From Parcubacteria group bacterium (lineage in GTDB: Bacteria > Patescibacteriota > Minisyncoccia > Moranbacterales > UBA11712): DNA of 64,000 nucleotides. Below, piece by piece: positions 9,626 through 18,476 of this stretch (its first letter is position 1; each line of letters opens with the position of its first letter). Below the pieces are notes generated by a model, which saw nothing but the letters and a program-made list of their open reading frames with translations, made no database searches and was not told the DNA's origin. The DNA lies in NCBI GenBank assembly GCA_041659685.1, contig JBAZXV010000002.1:39527-103526 (forward strand). The letters are read 5' to 3'. The position numbers were made by a program, and so were the translations under genes.

Positions 9626-11179
9626 ATGCCTTCATTAAACTGGATCGGGAAAGAAGCCGTTGCAAACCACGATAAAGAGGTACCTTTTAAGCTGCTCCGA
9701 AAAGTTAAATCGGCCTCGGTAGGTGAAAATTCGCAAAATTTAATAATGCACGGGGATAATCTTGAGGCGCTGAAAGCCCTCATGCCTTTTTATGTTGGAA
9801 AAATAAAATGTATATACATTGATCCGCCGTACAATACCGGCAATGAAAAATGGATATATAACGACAGGGTTAATTCACCGAAAATAAGAAAGTGGATTGG
9901 TAGGGTGGTTGGAAGCGAAGCAGAAGATCTATCACGTCATGACAAATGGCTTTGCATGATGTATCCACGGCTAAAAATGTTGAAAGATTTATTGAGTAAT
10001 AACGGTGCTATATTTATCTCAATTGACGATGATGAGGGGCATTATTTGAAAGCTTTGTTGGATGATATTTTTGGTAGAGAAAATTTTGTCGCAAATATTA
10101 TTTGGGAAAAAAAGTATTCCCCTCAAAATGATGCGAAGTGGTTGTCCGATAGTCATGATCATATTTTGTTGTATGCAAAAGAGAAAGCCGTATGGCGCCC
10201 CAATCTATTGCCCCGAACGGAAGAGATGAATAATCGGTATAAAAATCCAGATAATGATCCACGTGGTTTATGGAAGTCGAGTGGTTTAGATGTGAAAACA
10301 TATTCAGCACATTATGATTTTCCAATAACAACACCCTCTGGCAGAACGGTGCAACCACCGCGAGGTGCTTGTTGGCGTGTATCAAAAGATCGATTTAAAG
10401 AATTAGTTGAGGATAATAGGATTTGGTTCGGGCCTGCAGGAAATAATGTGCCGTCAATAAAAAGATTTTTATCAGAAGTTCAAGATGGTGCAGTTTCTAA
10501 GACTATTTGGCTTAGAAAGGAAGTTGGTGACAATCAAGAGGCGAGGCAAATTTTGAAAGAACTTTTTCCTGAAAAGCACACTGATCTTTTTAATACGCCT
10601 AAACCCGTTAGACTCATTAATCGCATTCTTCAACTTTCGGTTGGCAAGAATGATTTGATCCTTGACTCCTTTGCCGGATCTGGGACAACTGGCCATGCGG
10701 TTTTGAATTTGAATAAGGAAGACGGCGGGAATAGGAAATTTATTTTAGTTGAAATGGAAGATAAAGTTGCCAAAGACATTACTGCCGAACGGGTAAAACG
10801 GGCGATCAAGAAATATAGATATAAAGACGGATTTGAATATTGCGAGCTAGATAAACCGCTGTTCAATGAAAAAGGGCAAATTGAGGAATCATGCGACTTT
10901 AACCAGTTTGCCACTTATATTTATTTCACGGAAACACAAAGGAACATTGATAAGAAAAGAATTAAAGGCAATTTTATTGGAGAGCTTGGCGGAACGGAAT
11001 ACCATCTGATCTATAAGGAAAAATATAAAAATGTTTTAAATGAATCTTTCTTAAAAAAGATTAAAAAAAGTGATAATAAAAAAGTGATTTATGCGGATAA
11101 GTGCCTGCTGGATGATGAAACACTAGCGAAATACAATATCCAGTTTAAGCAAATTCCGTATGAGGTTAAGGTTTATTGA
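9626..11179 (+). CDS. mod: Type III restriction-modification methyltransferase (Mod, N6-adenine)
   Basis: DPPYNTG motif IV. FDSFAGSGTTGHAV is an FxGxG SAM-binding motif located C-terminal to the DPPY motif (beta-class permutation). Followed by a DEAH helicase-nuclease Res gene. Confidence 0.85.
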   Translation: MPSLNWIGKEAVANHDKEVPFKLLRKVKSASVGENSQNLIMHGDNLEALKALMPFYVGKIKCIYIDPPYNTGNEKWIYNDRVNSPKIRKWIGRVVGSEAEDLSRHDKWLCMMYPRLKMLKDLLSNNGAIFISIDDDEGHYLKALLDDIFGRENFVANIIWEKKYSPQNDAKWLSDSHDHILLYAKEKAVWRPNLLPRTEEMNNRYKNPDNDPRGLWKSSGLDVKTYSAHYDFPITTPSGRTVQPPRGACWRVSKDRFKELVEDNRIWFGPAGNNVPSIKRFLSEVQDGAVSKTIWLRKEVGDNQEARQILKELFPEKHTDLFNTPKPVRLINRILQLSVGKNDLILDSFAGSGTTGHAVLNLNKEDGGNRKFILVEMEDKVAKDITAERVKRAIKKYRYKDGFEYCELDKPLFNEKGQIEESCDFNQFATYIYFTETQRNIDKKRIKGNFIGELGGTEYHLIYKEKYKNVLNESFLKKIKKSDNKKVIYADKCLLDDETLAKYNIQFKQIPYEVKVY

Positions 11180-11966
11180 TATGACTAAAAAGGGAAACGA
11201 AAGGATAGAGAAGTTAATAAAGGAAAGCGGAAATAATTTTCATTATCAGGTTGTAAATTTTTTACGTGAAAAGGCTTGGACTGTTTTAGTGAGTCCATAC
11301 TATAATGATTCTTTATCTGATAAATCCAAAGAGATTGATATAGTTGCAGAAAAGATTATCAACATTAAGGATAAGGTATTCGGAACAACTTTCGGTCAGC
11401 TTAAAATACGTTTTTTCATTGAATGTAAATACATAAATAATGATATTGCATTTTGGTTTGATGAAAGGGATAAAAATAAGGCTCGAGAATTAGTTATAAA
11501 GTCAACACCCTTAAAAGAGAATAATAGTTTTACGGACAAACACCATTATTTGGTTGATCAACCGGTGGCGAAACTATTTAGCTCAAATGCTAATAAGGAG
11601 GATGTAATATATAAAGCTCTGTCTCAAAGCCTTAATTCAATGATATATTTTGAAGGTAATCGTATTATTGTTGGCGAAGATTTTAGATCGGAAAATTATT
11701 ACACAATAAAATATCCAATAATTCTGTGCAATGGTTTTTCAAAATTTTACAAAGTAGAAGGAAGTGATTATTCACCCATTGATTATAATTTCCAATTGGA
11801 AGTGAACTACGCATACTTAGATAAAAATAAAAATAGCAGAAATGATTATCATTTGATAGATATTATTGACTTCAACAAACTGGATAATTTCTTAATAGAT
11901 TTAGAAAATGCAGACATTTCTGCGATTAGCGAAGTGCTTGCTTGGGATTGGAAAAACAATAATTAA
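11160..11966 (+). CDS. Hypothetical protein inserted between mod and res; possible PD-(D/E)xK nuclease-like core
   Basis: Overlaps the mod stop, and its own stop lies 6 nt before the res start. EIDIVAEK...FFIECKY resembles a D...E-x-K nuclease motif. Very AT-rich. The real start is probably M at 11181 (MTKKGNER). Confidence 0.4.
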   Translation: MRLRFIDMTKKGNERIEKLIKESGNNFHYQVVNFLREKAWTVLVSPYYNDSLSDKSKEIDIVAEKIINIKDKVFGTTFGQLKIRFFIECKYINNDIAFWFDERDKNKARELVIKSTPLKENNSFTDKHHYLVDQPVAKLFSSNANKEDVIYKALSQSLNSMIYFEGNRIIVGEDFRSENYYTIKYPIILCNGFSKFYKVEGSDYSPIDYNFQLEVNYAYLDKNKNSRNDYHLIDIIDFNKLDNFLIDLENADISAISEVLAWDWKNNN

Positions 11967-11971
11967 CCTAT

Positions 11972-14236
11972 ATGCAACTCAAAAAATATCAACAAAGGAC
12001 AATTGAAAAAGTTCAGGATTATTTGAAAGAACTTGCGAAGGCTGAGCCGAAATATGCTTTTATGGGATTGACTAATCAGCCATATAATAGCGACTTCTTC
12101 GGAGAAGTACCCTTTGTTTGCATAAAAATTCCAACTGGTGGTGGAAAGACGCTGGTCGGTTGTCATGTTGTCCGAGAAATTATGCAAACAATTCTTAAGC
12201 ATAAGATGGAACGGGGAATTGTGATGTGGTTTGTCCCTTCAGAAGCAATCAAGAGCCAAACACTTCGGAAATTCAAAGATCGCACGGATTGGCATAGGAG
12301 AATTTTGGATGAATCCTTTGAAAACGGAGTGAGGATTTTTTCCAATGAAGAGGCTTTGCGAATTAGGAAAGCGGACGTGAAGGACAATTTATGCATTATC
12401 ATTTCCAGCCTGGACGCTTTCCGAAAAGAAAAGAAGTTGCAGAATAAATACAAAGTCTATCAGGAAAATGGGGCATTGCTGGATCACTTTGAAAATATTC
12501 AAGAAAATGACGTTTTGGAAAAGGACGAGGAGAAAACGGTTATTAACTCACTAGCGAACGTGGTGAGGATGGATAACCCGCTTGTGGTGGTGGACGAGGG
12601 GCATAAAACAAAAACCCAGCTTTCCATTGATTTCTTGAAAGACTTGAATCCCAGTTTTATCATCGAGTACACGGCCACACCAAGAGGCGGAAGCAATATT
12701 TTGGTTGATATTTCTGCTTCCGAACTCAAAGAGGAACAAATGGTTAAAATTCCGATTGTGCTGGAAAGCGTCACGCAATGGCAGAATGCCGTGTCGGAAG
12801 GAATCGCTAAAAGGAAAGAATTGGAAAAAGAAGCCAAAAAACTCAAAGGTGAATATATCCGTCCGATAGTGCTATTGCAAGCCCAGCCGAAAAGCACGAC
12901 AAGCAATAATATTACAGTGGAACAGCTCAAGGAATTTTTACTAAATGCCAAGATAGCCGAAGACGAGATCGCCATCAAAACATCCGAAAGGAATGACATT
13001 GAGGGGGTGGATTTATTCAGCCGGAAATGCAAAATCCGCTATATTATTACGGTCAATGCTTTGGCCGAAGGATGGGATTGCTCCTTTGCCTATGTTTTAG
13101 TATCAGTTGCCAATTTGGGAGCTAAAATCGCCGTAGAGCAGATTATAGGGCGCATTATACGTATGCCAGAAGCAAAGAAAAAAGAGATCGAAGATTTAAA
13201 CCGCTCTTATATTTTTGCGTCAGCCCGGAACTTCAACGAATCAGCCACACAAATTATTTCCGGTTTGGAACACAATGGATACAGCCGGTTTGATCTAATC
13301 GCTTCAAAGCAAATTGGCGAAGCATATGAGTTAGAAGTTGAGCGTACAGTTAATAAAGATTTTTATGCTTCCATGATGAGCTTTGGGAACAAAATGCTAA
13401 CTTTTGAGGAATTGATAGGCGAAGATTTTGAACTGGCCAAACAGAATGCCGAATTTGACTTTGAAAATCACTATGACAATGACGGGCGGGCAATTATTGA
13501 TATTAGGGAGGATAAATGGATCAAGGGTAAACAGCAGACGTTGAAACTAACCATTCACGACAAAAATTTTTCCAAGGAGGAGCTAATTCAATGGCTGGAC
13601 AAGAGATTACGATTTATTTTGCTAGATAAAAGCGACAAAGTTGGATTTATCACGAAGGCCTTGGATTATCAATTAAAACACCGGTCTCTATTAGAGCTTT
13701 CAATTAATCGTTTTATCTTTTTGGAAAAACTCAATGAAGTGATAAATGGGATCTTGGAGGCATATGCAAAAAAGCGGTTTGATAAATTTATTGCTAGTAA
13801 GAAAATTTCAGTCAAGACATTTGATAAATTTCCAAAGACAATAATTTTGAATCAAGAAATACCTCAAGAGTTCAATAAAAGCTACTACAAGAAAATAGAC
13901 AAACTTAATAAAGAAGAATTAGCAATGATAGACAGGCTAGATTTGCAAACTTTGCCTAATATTGATTTCTGGATTCGCAACAGGGAAAAGAAAGACCCGT
14001 TTTATATTCAGGGCTGGCGGAAAGGAAAATTCTATCCAGACTTCATCGCTATTACCAAGAAAGGAAATATTGTCGCATTGGAATGGAAGGGAGAAGACAG
14101 AATTAGCAATGAAGACACGGGCTACAAAGTTTTGATTGGCGAACAATGGGCGAAATTAGGAAAAGGAAAATCGTATTTCTTTTTGGTGCATAATAAAAAT
14201 ATAGAGGAAGTGTTAAGCGGTTTGAAAAAATTATAG
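11972..14236 (+). CDS. res: Type III restriction enzyme Res subunit (SF2 helicase plus C-terminal PD-ExK endonuclease)
   Basis: Walker A IKIPTGGGKTLVGCH, DEAH-box VVVDEGHKT, helicase motif VI-like QIIGRIIRM. C-terminal FYPDFIAITKKGNIVALEWKGED is a PD...ExK motif. Confidence 0.85.
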   Translation: MQLKKYQQRTIEKVQDYLKELAKAEPKYAFMGLTNQPYNSDFFGEVPFVCIKIPTGGGKTLVGCHVVREIMQTILKHKMERGIVMWFVPSEAIKSQTLRKFKDRTDWHRRILDESFENGVRIFSNEEALRIRKADVKDNLCIIISSLDAFRKEKKLQNKYKVYQENGALLDHFENIQENDVLEKDEEKTVINSLANVVRMDNPLVVVDEGHKTKTQLSIDFLKDLNPSFIIEYTATPRGGSNILVDISASELKEEQMVKIPIVLESVTQWQNAVSEGIAKRKELEKEAKKLKGEYIRPIVLLQAQPKSTTSNNITVEQLKEFLLNAKIAEDEIAIKTSERNDIEGVDLFSRKCKIRYIITVNALAEGWDCSFAYVLVSVANLGAKIAVEQIIGRIIRMPEAKKKEIEDLNRSYIFASARNFNESATQIISGLEHNGYSRFDLIASKQIGEAYELEVERTVNKDFYASMMSFGNKMLTFEELIGEDFELAKQNAEFDFENHYDNDGRAIIDIREDKWIKGKQQTLKLTIHDKNFSKEELIQWLDKRLRFILLDKSDKVGFITKALDYQLKHRSLLELSINRFIFLEKLNEVINGILEAYAKKRFDKFIASKKISVKTFDKFPKTIILNQEIPQEFNKSYYKKIDKLNKEELAMIDRLDLQTLPNIDFWIRNREKKDPFYIQGWRKGKFYPDFIAITKKGNIVALEWKGEDRISNEDTGYKVLIGEQWAKLGKGKSYFFLVHNKNIEEVLSGLKKL

Positions 14237-14256
14237 GCATTTTATCAAAAGATAAC

Positions 14257-14886
14257 TTGAATAAACCAGAACATAAAAAAAGATTTGAAGAGTTGTTCAG
14301 ACTATTTACAGAAGCCCATTTATGCTTTTTTGTATGGAGGGGATTGCAGAAGAAAGAATACGAGAAATACTGGAAAAGAGATTCAAATTTTTGGAATGCC
14401 GTAATTTATTCATTACAAAGAACTTGGTTTCAAGCACTTGCTAATATTTATGAAGATTCGTCATATAGTAAAAAGAATAAAGTTATATCCGTTTACTCCC
14501 TTGTTTTGTTTCAAGAGGATGAGAAAAGAAGATCGGAATTAGAGAATATTTTGGATTCCAATAAAGTAGTTATTGAAAATATATCAAAACTTCGCCATCA
14601 TCAGTTATCTCATAATAATGCGAACTTCTTGTTAAATCCTAAATTAATGCTTCAGAAGTTTCCAATTAAACATGGTGATATTGAAAGACTTTTGCAATCA
14701 ACCGAAGAATTGCTTCGCTATCTCCATCCAGAAAATAATCATAGTTTTGCAATTTCAGGATTTGATGAAAAATGCGAAAAAGATTCCGGTAATATAATGA
14801 AAAAAATAGAATATTATCTTAAAAGAGAGAGGGAACACCAAGAAGAGATTCATTCAGGTAAAAAACCATATTCTGATTTTCCGTAG
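14257..14886 (+). CDS. Hypothetical protein; possible HEPN/AbiU2-like abortive-infection protein
   Basis: Immediately downstream of the Type III R-M system. Contains R-x5-H (KLRHHQLSHNNAN), compatible with a HEPN Rx4-6H motif. Weak. Confidence 0.35.
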   Translation: MNKPEHKKRFEELFRLFTEAHLCFFVWRGLQKKEYEKYWKRDSNFWNAVIYSLQRTWFQALANIYEDSSYSKKNKVISVYSLVLFQEDEKRRSELENILDSNKVVIENISKLRHHQLSHNNANFLLNPKLMLQKFPIKHGDIERLLQSTEELLRYLHPENNHSFAISGFDEKCEKDSGNIMKKIEYYLKREREHQEEIHSGKKPYSDFP

Positions 14887-15026
14887 CAATTGATATTCCC
14901 TATTGTAATTTCTTAAAAAGTGTAGTAGAATGTAAGTGTAAATTAACAACTTAATTCAGCTTTACATAAACAAGTTGATTCTTTGATCAACTTTTGCGAA
15001 AGTCCTGCTTCTTTTCTCCCGGAGAA

Positions 15027-15132
15027 CACCTCCTTTCTAGGGAGATACGGTGATATAGTGATATTCGTATCACTACAAACCTATACGGTCGTTAATAGAT
15101 TCAAGGCATACAGGGCAACCGCAAAAATTTGC
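15027..15132 (+). repeat. R1 element copy a (conserved ends CACCTCCTTTCTAGGGAGATACGGTG ... GGCAACCGCAAAAATTTGC; internal hairpin TAGTGATA-TTCG-TATCACTA)
   Basis: Member of a five-copy family (38811-38946, 42133-42261, 44184-44350, partial 50606-50626). The hairpin sequences differ between copies but complementarity is maintained. Confidence 0.6.
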
Positions 15133-15206
15133 AATTACAAGCTGAAAAATACCTCTTTGGTAATTTTTGGGCAAGAAGACTTACAGTTTCCGAATTGTAG
15201 GTCTTT

Positions 15207-16295
15207 TTGTTTATGAACGCCGAAAACAACATCTCCCCAAGAAGAGCTAGTTCCTACGCACATACGGATAGGGAGACTTGCTACATTTCCGACCATTTGG
15301 AAGGGTTTATGGAATACGGTGAGTATGAGCTGAATCTCGCGAAAATCACGATGGTCAAATACAAGGACGGGCTGATACATTTCACGAAGTATATCGGCGA
15401 CAAGGATGTGCGCGACATCACGCAGGCGGACATCATCAAGCTGAAACGCCTTATGCGGGAAAAGGGAGTGGGAGCATTGAGAGTCGGGACGGTTATTTGG
15501 GCTTTGCGAAGTTTTATGAATTATTGCAACAATTTTTTGGGCGTGCGGACTATAAACCCGAAATCAATAAGACCCCCGCGTGCCCCGAAGAGAGAAGTGA
15601 TTTTCCTCACGAAAGAGGAAGTCGGGCAGTTCGTCGATTCAATCGACACCTCAAAATTGATGGGGCTTCGTTTCAGGGCGTTGGTGGAAATCATTCTTGG
15701 GACGGGAATGAGAATCAGCGAAGTCTTGTCGCTCAACAGAAAAAACATCCCCTGGGAAAGCAAGGAAGCGAAAATCATCGGAAAAGGCAACAAGGAACGC
15801 GCGGTTTTCTTTACGGACAGGGCTTTAACTTGGATTCGGCGGTATTTGGAAAAAAGGTTTGATTCCAACGAGGCGGTGTTCGCGACGGAAGACGGGATGA
15901 GAAGGCTGAAACTGGACGACATATCGAAGTTTTTCATCGCGGCGCGGAAGAAGGCGGGAATGGACAAGCTCATCACGCCCCACATTTTGCGCCACACCGT
16001 TGCGACGAATTTGGTTTTCAATGGCTGTCCGCTTCCGCACGTCAAGGAGATTTTGGGGCACGAACTGCTGGATACGACTTGCAAATACTACCTTGGCGTG
16101 GACAAGGAACAAGCGAAAAAAGCTCATCGCGAATATCTAACTTTTAACACTTGGGAATCAAGACCAAGAAATGACCAACAACTACGAGAAAAAAGAGAAC
16201 GGCAAGAACGCGACCGGCAGGCCGCCGAAGTTCAGTTCGCCCGAAGAAATGGAAAGGATGGGAATGGAGCATATCGAGGAATGCAGGAAGAATGA
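15207..16295 (+). CDS. Tyrosine recombinase / integrase (GC-rich, likely foreign)
   Basis: RISEVLSLNRKNI (box I) and HILRHTVATNLVFNGCPLPHVKEILGHELLDTTCKYY (box II with catalytic Tyr). About 50% GC against a ~33% background. The 3' end probably lies before 16295 and overlaps the next ORF. Confidence 0.75.
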   Translation: MFMNAENNISPRRASSYAHTDRETCYISDHLEGFMEYGEYELNLAKITMVKYKDGLIHFTKYIGDKDVRDITQADIIKLKRLMREKGVGALRVGTVIWALRSFMNYCNNFLGVRTINPKSIRPPRAPKREVIFLTKEEVGQFVDSIDTSKLMGLRFRALVEIILGTGMRISEVLSLNRKNIPWESKEAKIIGKGNKERAVFFTDRALTWIRRYLEKRFDSNEAVFATEDGMRRLKLDDISKFFIAARKKAGMDKLITPHILRHTVATNLVFNGCPLPHVKEILGHELLDTTCKYYLGVDKEQAKKAHREYLTFNTWESRPRNDQQLREKRERQERDRQAAEVQFARRNGKDGNGAYRGMQEE

Positions 16296-16596
16296 CAAAC
16301 CTATCACCATTACGGGAATTTGCCTAAAACTGGACACAACCCGCCAGACTTTGCTGGATTATGAGAGGAAGAACGAGTTTTCTGACACGGTAAAAAGGCT
16401 TAAACTGCACGCCGAGAACTATGCCGAGGAAACTTTATACAACAAGAACGGGCGGGCGGTAGTCGGCGCGATTTTCGCGCTCAAGAATTTCGGCTGGAGC
16501 GACAAAATGGAATTTGAAAACAGCTACAAGCCTCAAATTATGACCGAGGAAGAACGGGAGAAAATGCGCGAGAGAATAAGGAATTTTGATGAGTAG
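16171..16596 (+). CDS. Phage terminase small subunit-like protein (prophage remnant)
   Basis: GRPPKFSSPEEMERMGMEHIEECRKNDKPITITGICLKLDTTRQTLLDYE...AVVGAIFALKNFGWSDK matches the conserved TerS pattern (GRP.kf....., HTH, ..FaLKn.GW.DK). No large terminase or structural genes follow. Confidence 0.55.
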   Translation: MTNNYEKKENGKNATGRPPKFSSPEEMERMGMEHIEECRKNDKPITITGICLKLDTTRQTLLDYERKNEFSDTVKRLKLHAENYAEETLYNKNGRAVVGAIFALKNFGWSDKMEFENSYKPQIMTEEEREKMRERIRNFDE

Positions 16597-16842
16597 AACT
16601 TTGAAAACGAAAGGCAAGTTGGTTGTGTTTTTGGTTTTTTGGCGTATAATATAGATACAATTGAATGTCCTAACCCTAGCGGATTTTCCCTAGGTATGGC
16701 GCATAATCCACTGCAACATAGAGACGGCTTTCTGTCTCGTTATCGCGTTGCAGTGGTTGCCGCCCGAAAGGGTGGTAGGTGAGTTCCGAAAGGCACTTAC
16801 CGACGAGCGGGAAGCCTTTTGTGTTTGTTGGAGGCTATGACG

Positions 16843-16888
16843 CCGTTATAACATTGCTTTCCGTTATAACATTTCACGTTATAACAGC
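16843..16888 (+). promoter_or_regulatory. Three direct repeats of CGTTATAACA (17-bp phasing) immediately upstream of the integrase start; candidate arm-type/operator sites
   Basis: CCGTTATAACATTGCTTTCCGTTATAACATTTCACGTTATAACAGCC. Each repeat has a palindromic GTTATAAC core. The integrase ATG is at 16891. Confidence 0.4.
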
Positions 16889-16890
16889 CT

Positions 16891-17814
16891 ATGGACATAA
16901 AATCATTAGAAACTATGCAAGACATAGATTTTCTCCAATATACGGCGAAGCGGATTTTTGATTTGCTGGATATAAGCGAAAACACCCGCGAAGACTATAA
17001 GTCGCGGGTTTATTTGTATTTGCGATTTGTTCAAGAAAACGGATACAACTTTAACAGCTTTCTCGACTTCAAAAGGGAATTGGAAAAAAGAACGGATTTG
17101 AGCACGGCGACAAAAAACAAATACTTGGCGACGGCAAAGATATTTCTCAAGGAACTGAATCGGCAAGGAATTATTCCCGCTGACATTACGCAAAATATAA
17201 AAACCTTCAAGCAAAGCAAGAAGCATAAACGGGAAGGCTTGAATGATGGTGAAATAAAATTGCTGGTTGATAGGTTCAAGCAGTTGCCAGCCACATCCGA
17301 AAGCACCCGTCTCAAAGCTATTTTAAGTCTGTTGATTTTTCAGGGGCTTCGCCAGATTGAAATTGTAAGGCTGGATATAAAGGATTTAGACTTCACGGCA
17401 AAGATGGCTTTCGTGCTAGGCAAAGGAAGGGACGACAAGGAATCGATAGATTTGCATCCTGAAACAATCAGGAATCTCAAGGAATACCTCAAAACAAACA
17501 AAATAGCGGACGGCGCGTTATTCACAAATAGAAGCAACAATGGAAAGGGTAAAAGAATCACGACCCGTGCTTTACGCGGTATAATCAAAACCATCCTTAA
17601 AGATTTGAAAATTGACAAGACTACGCACGGCTTCCGCCATTATTTCACTTCGAAGCTCATTGAGACTTACAAGGGCGATTTGCTGGAAGTTGCCCGCTAT
17701 ACCCGCCATAAGAGCCTTGAAATGTTGCAAGTCTACAATGACAACATCAAGCGCAAAGCCGATTTGCCGAGATATTATGAGACTTTCGGGGGCATAAAGT
17801 TATCAAGCGATTAG
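16891..17814 (+). CDS. Tyrosine recombinase XerC/D-like integrase (intact paralog of the pseudogene at 1-657)
   Basis: LRQIEIVRLDIKDLDF (box I region) and HGFRHYFTSKLIETYKGDLLEVARYTRHKSLEMLQVYND (box II with catalytic Tyr). About 70% amino-acid identity to the fragment at the window start. Confidence 0.85.
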   Translation: MDIKSLETMQDIDFLQYTAKRIFDLLDISENTREDYKSRVYLYLRFVQENGYNFNSFLDFKRELEKRTDLSTATKNKYLATAKIFLKELNRQGIIPADITQNIKTFKQSKKHKREGLNDGEIKLLVDRFKQLPATSESTRLKAILSLLIFQGLRQIEIVRLDIKDLDFTAKMAFVLGKGRDDKESIDLHPETIRNLKEYLKTNKIADGALFTNRSNNGKGKRITTRALRGIIKTILKDLKIDKTTHGFRHYFTSKLIETYKGDLLEVARYTRHKSLEMLQVYNDNIKRKADLPRYYETFGGIKLSSD

Positions 17815-17840
17815 TTTGAAATAAAAAGTAAAATAAAAAT

Positions 17841-18242
17841 ATGTTCTACGAAACATTCAGTTGGTGGGGATTGTTAGTTGTTTGCGTTGCGCTGGGATAT
17901 TCGCAGCAAATCGGAGCTTACGGCAGGGGACGGAAAAGCACGAAAATAGAAAACGTTTCCAATTTGCTGATTGTTATCGTATTCGTTGTCTCTTTTTTCA
18001 TAAGCGGTGTTTGGGGCGGAGTATTTCTTGTTTTGGCTTTCATTGTGGTAAATTCGACCATCACAAAATATATTATAAAGGCGACATTCCAAAAATCAAT
18101 CCGCTATACGCCGTTGGATAGGGAGGAAGTGCAAAGGCAGGTTATGGATGAGTTTATGGAGAAAAACAAAAATGTCGGCGATGGGTTCAGTATCGTGGAT
18201 GTTGAGAGGGAAGTAAGGAGGAGATTGAACATCAAAGATTGA
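17841..18242 (+). CDS. Small integral membrane protein (about 3 TM), hypothetical
   Basis: Hydrophobic helices WWGLLVVCVALGY, LLIVIVFVVSFFISGVWGGVFLVLAFIVV. Confidence 0.4.
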   Translation: MFYETFSWWGLLVVCVALGYSQQIGAYGRGRKSTKIENVSNLLIVIVFVVSFFISGVWGGVFLVLAFIVVNSTITKYIIKATFQKSIRYTPLDREEVQRQVMDEFMEKNKNVGDGFSIVDVEREVRRRLNIKD

Positions 18243-18271
18243 ACGGATTTCAGCCTTGAACTTCCGATAAC

Positions 18272-18330
18272 TATAATTACAGGAAATAGAAAAATATGAC
18301 CAAATGGTCATATCCAAAACACGGAAAAAC
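18272..18330. repeat. Integrase-proximal att-like site, copy 2, with perfect palindrome ATATGACC-AAAT-GGTCATAT (18294-18313)
   Basis: Homologous to 677-740. 8-bp perfect inverted arms separated by 4 bp. Confidence 0.5.
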
Positions 18331-18476
18331 GAAGCGAGCGGAAGCAAAGAAATAATTTTTTCGACACGCAAAACAAACCCGACCATCACCCCCCCACCCC
18401 CGTCTTGCCAATTAAAGTAGTATGTCGACGCTTGCCTCGCGCAAAAATAAAAAGACCTAAAAAATAAAATAAGAAA

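Noticed and set aside
16600-16890. A tRNA or tmRNA integration target next to the integrase
   Set aside because: No cloverleaf, T-loop (GTTCRANYC) or acceptor-stem pattern could be assembled from the hairpins. It is reported only as a structured non-coding region.
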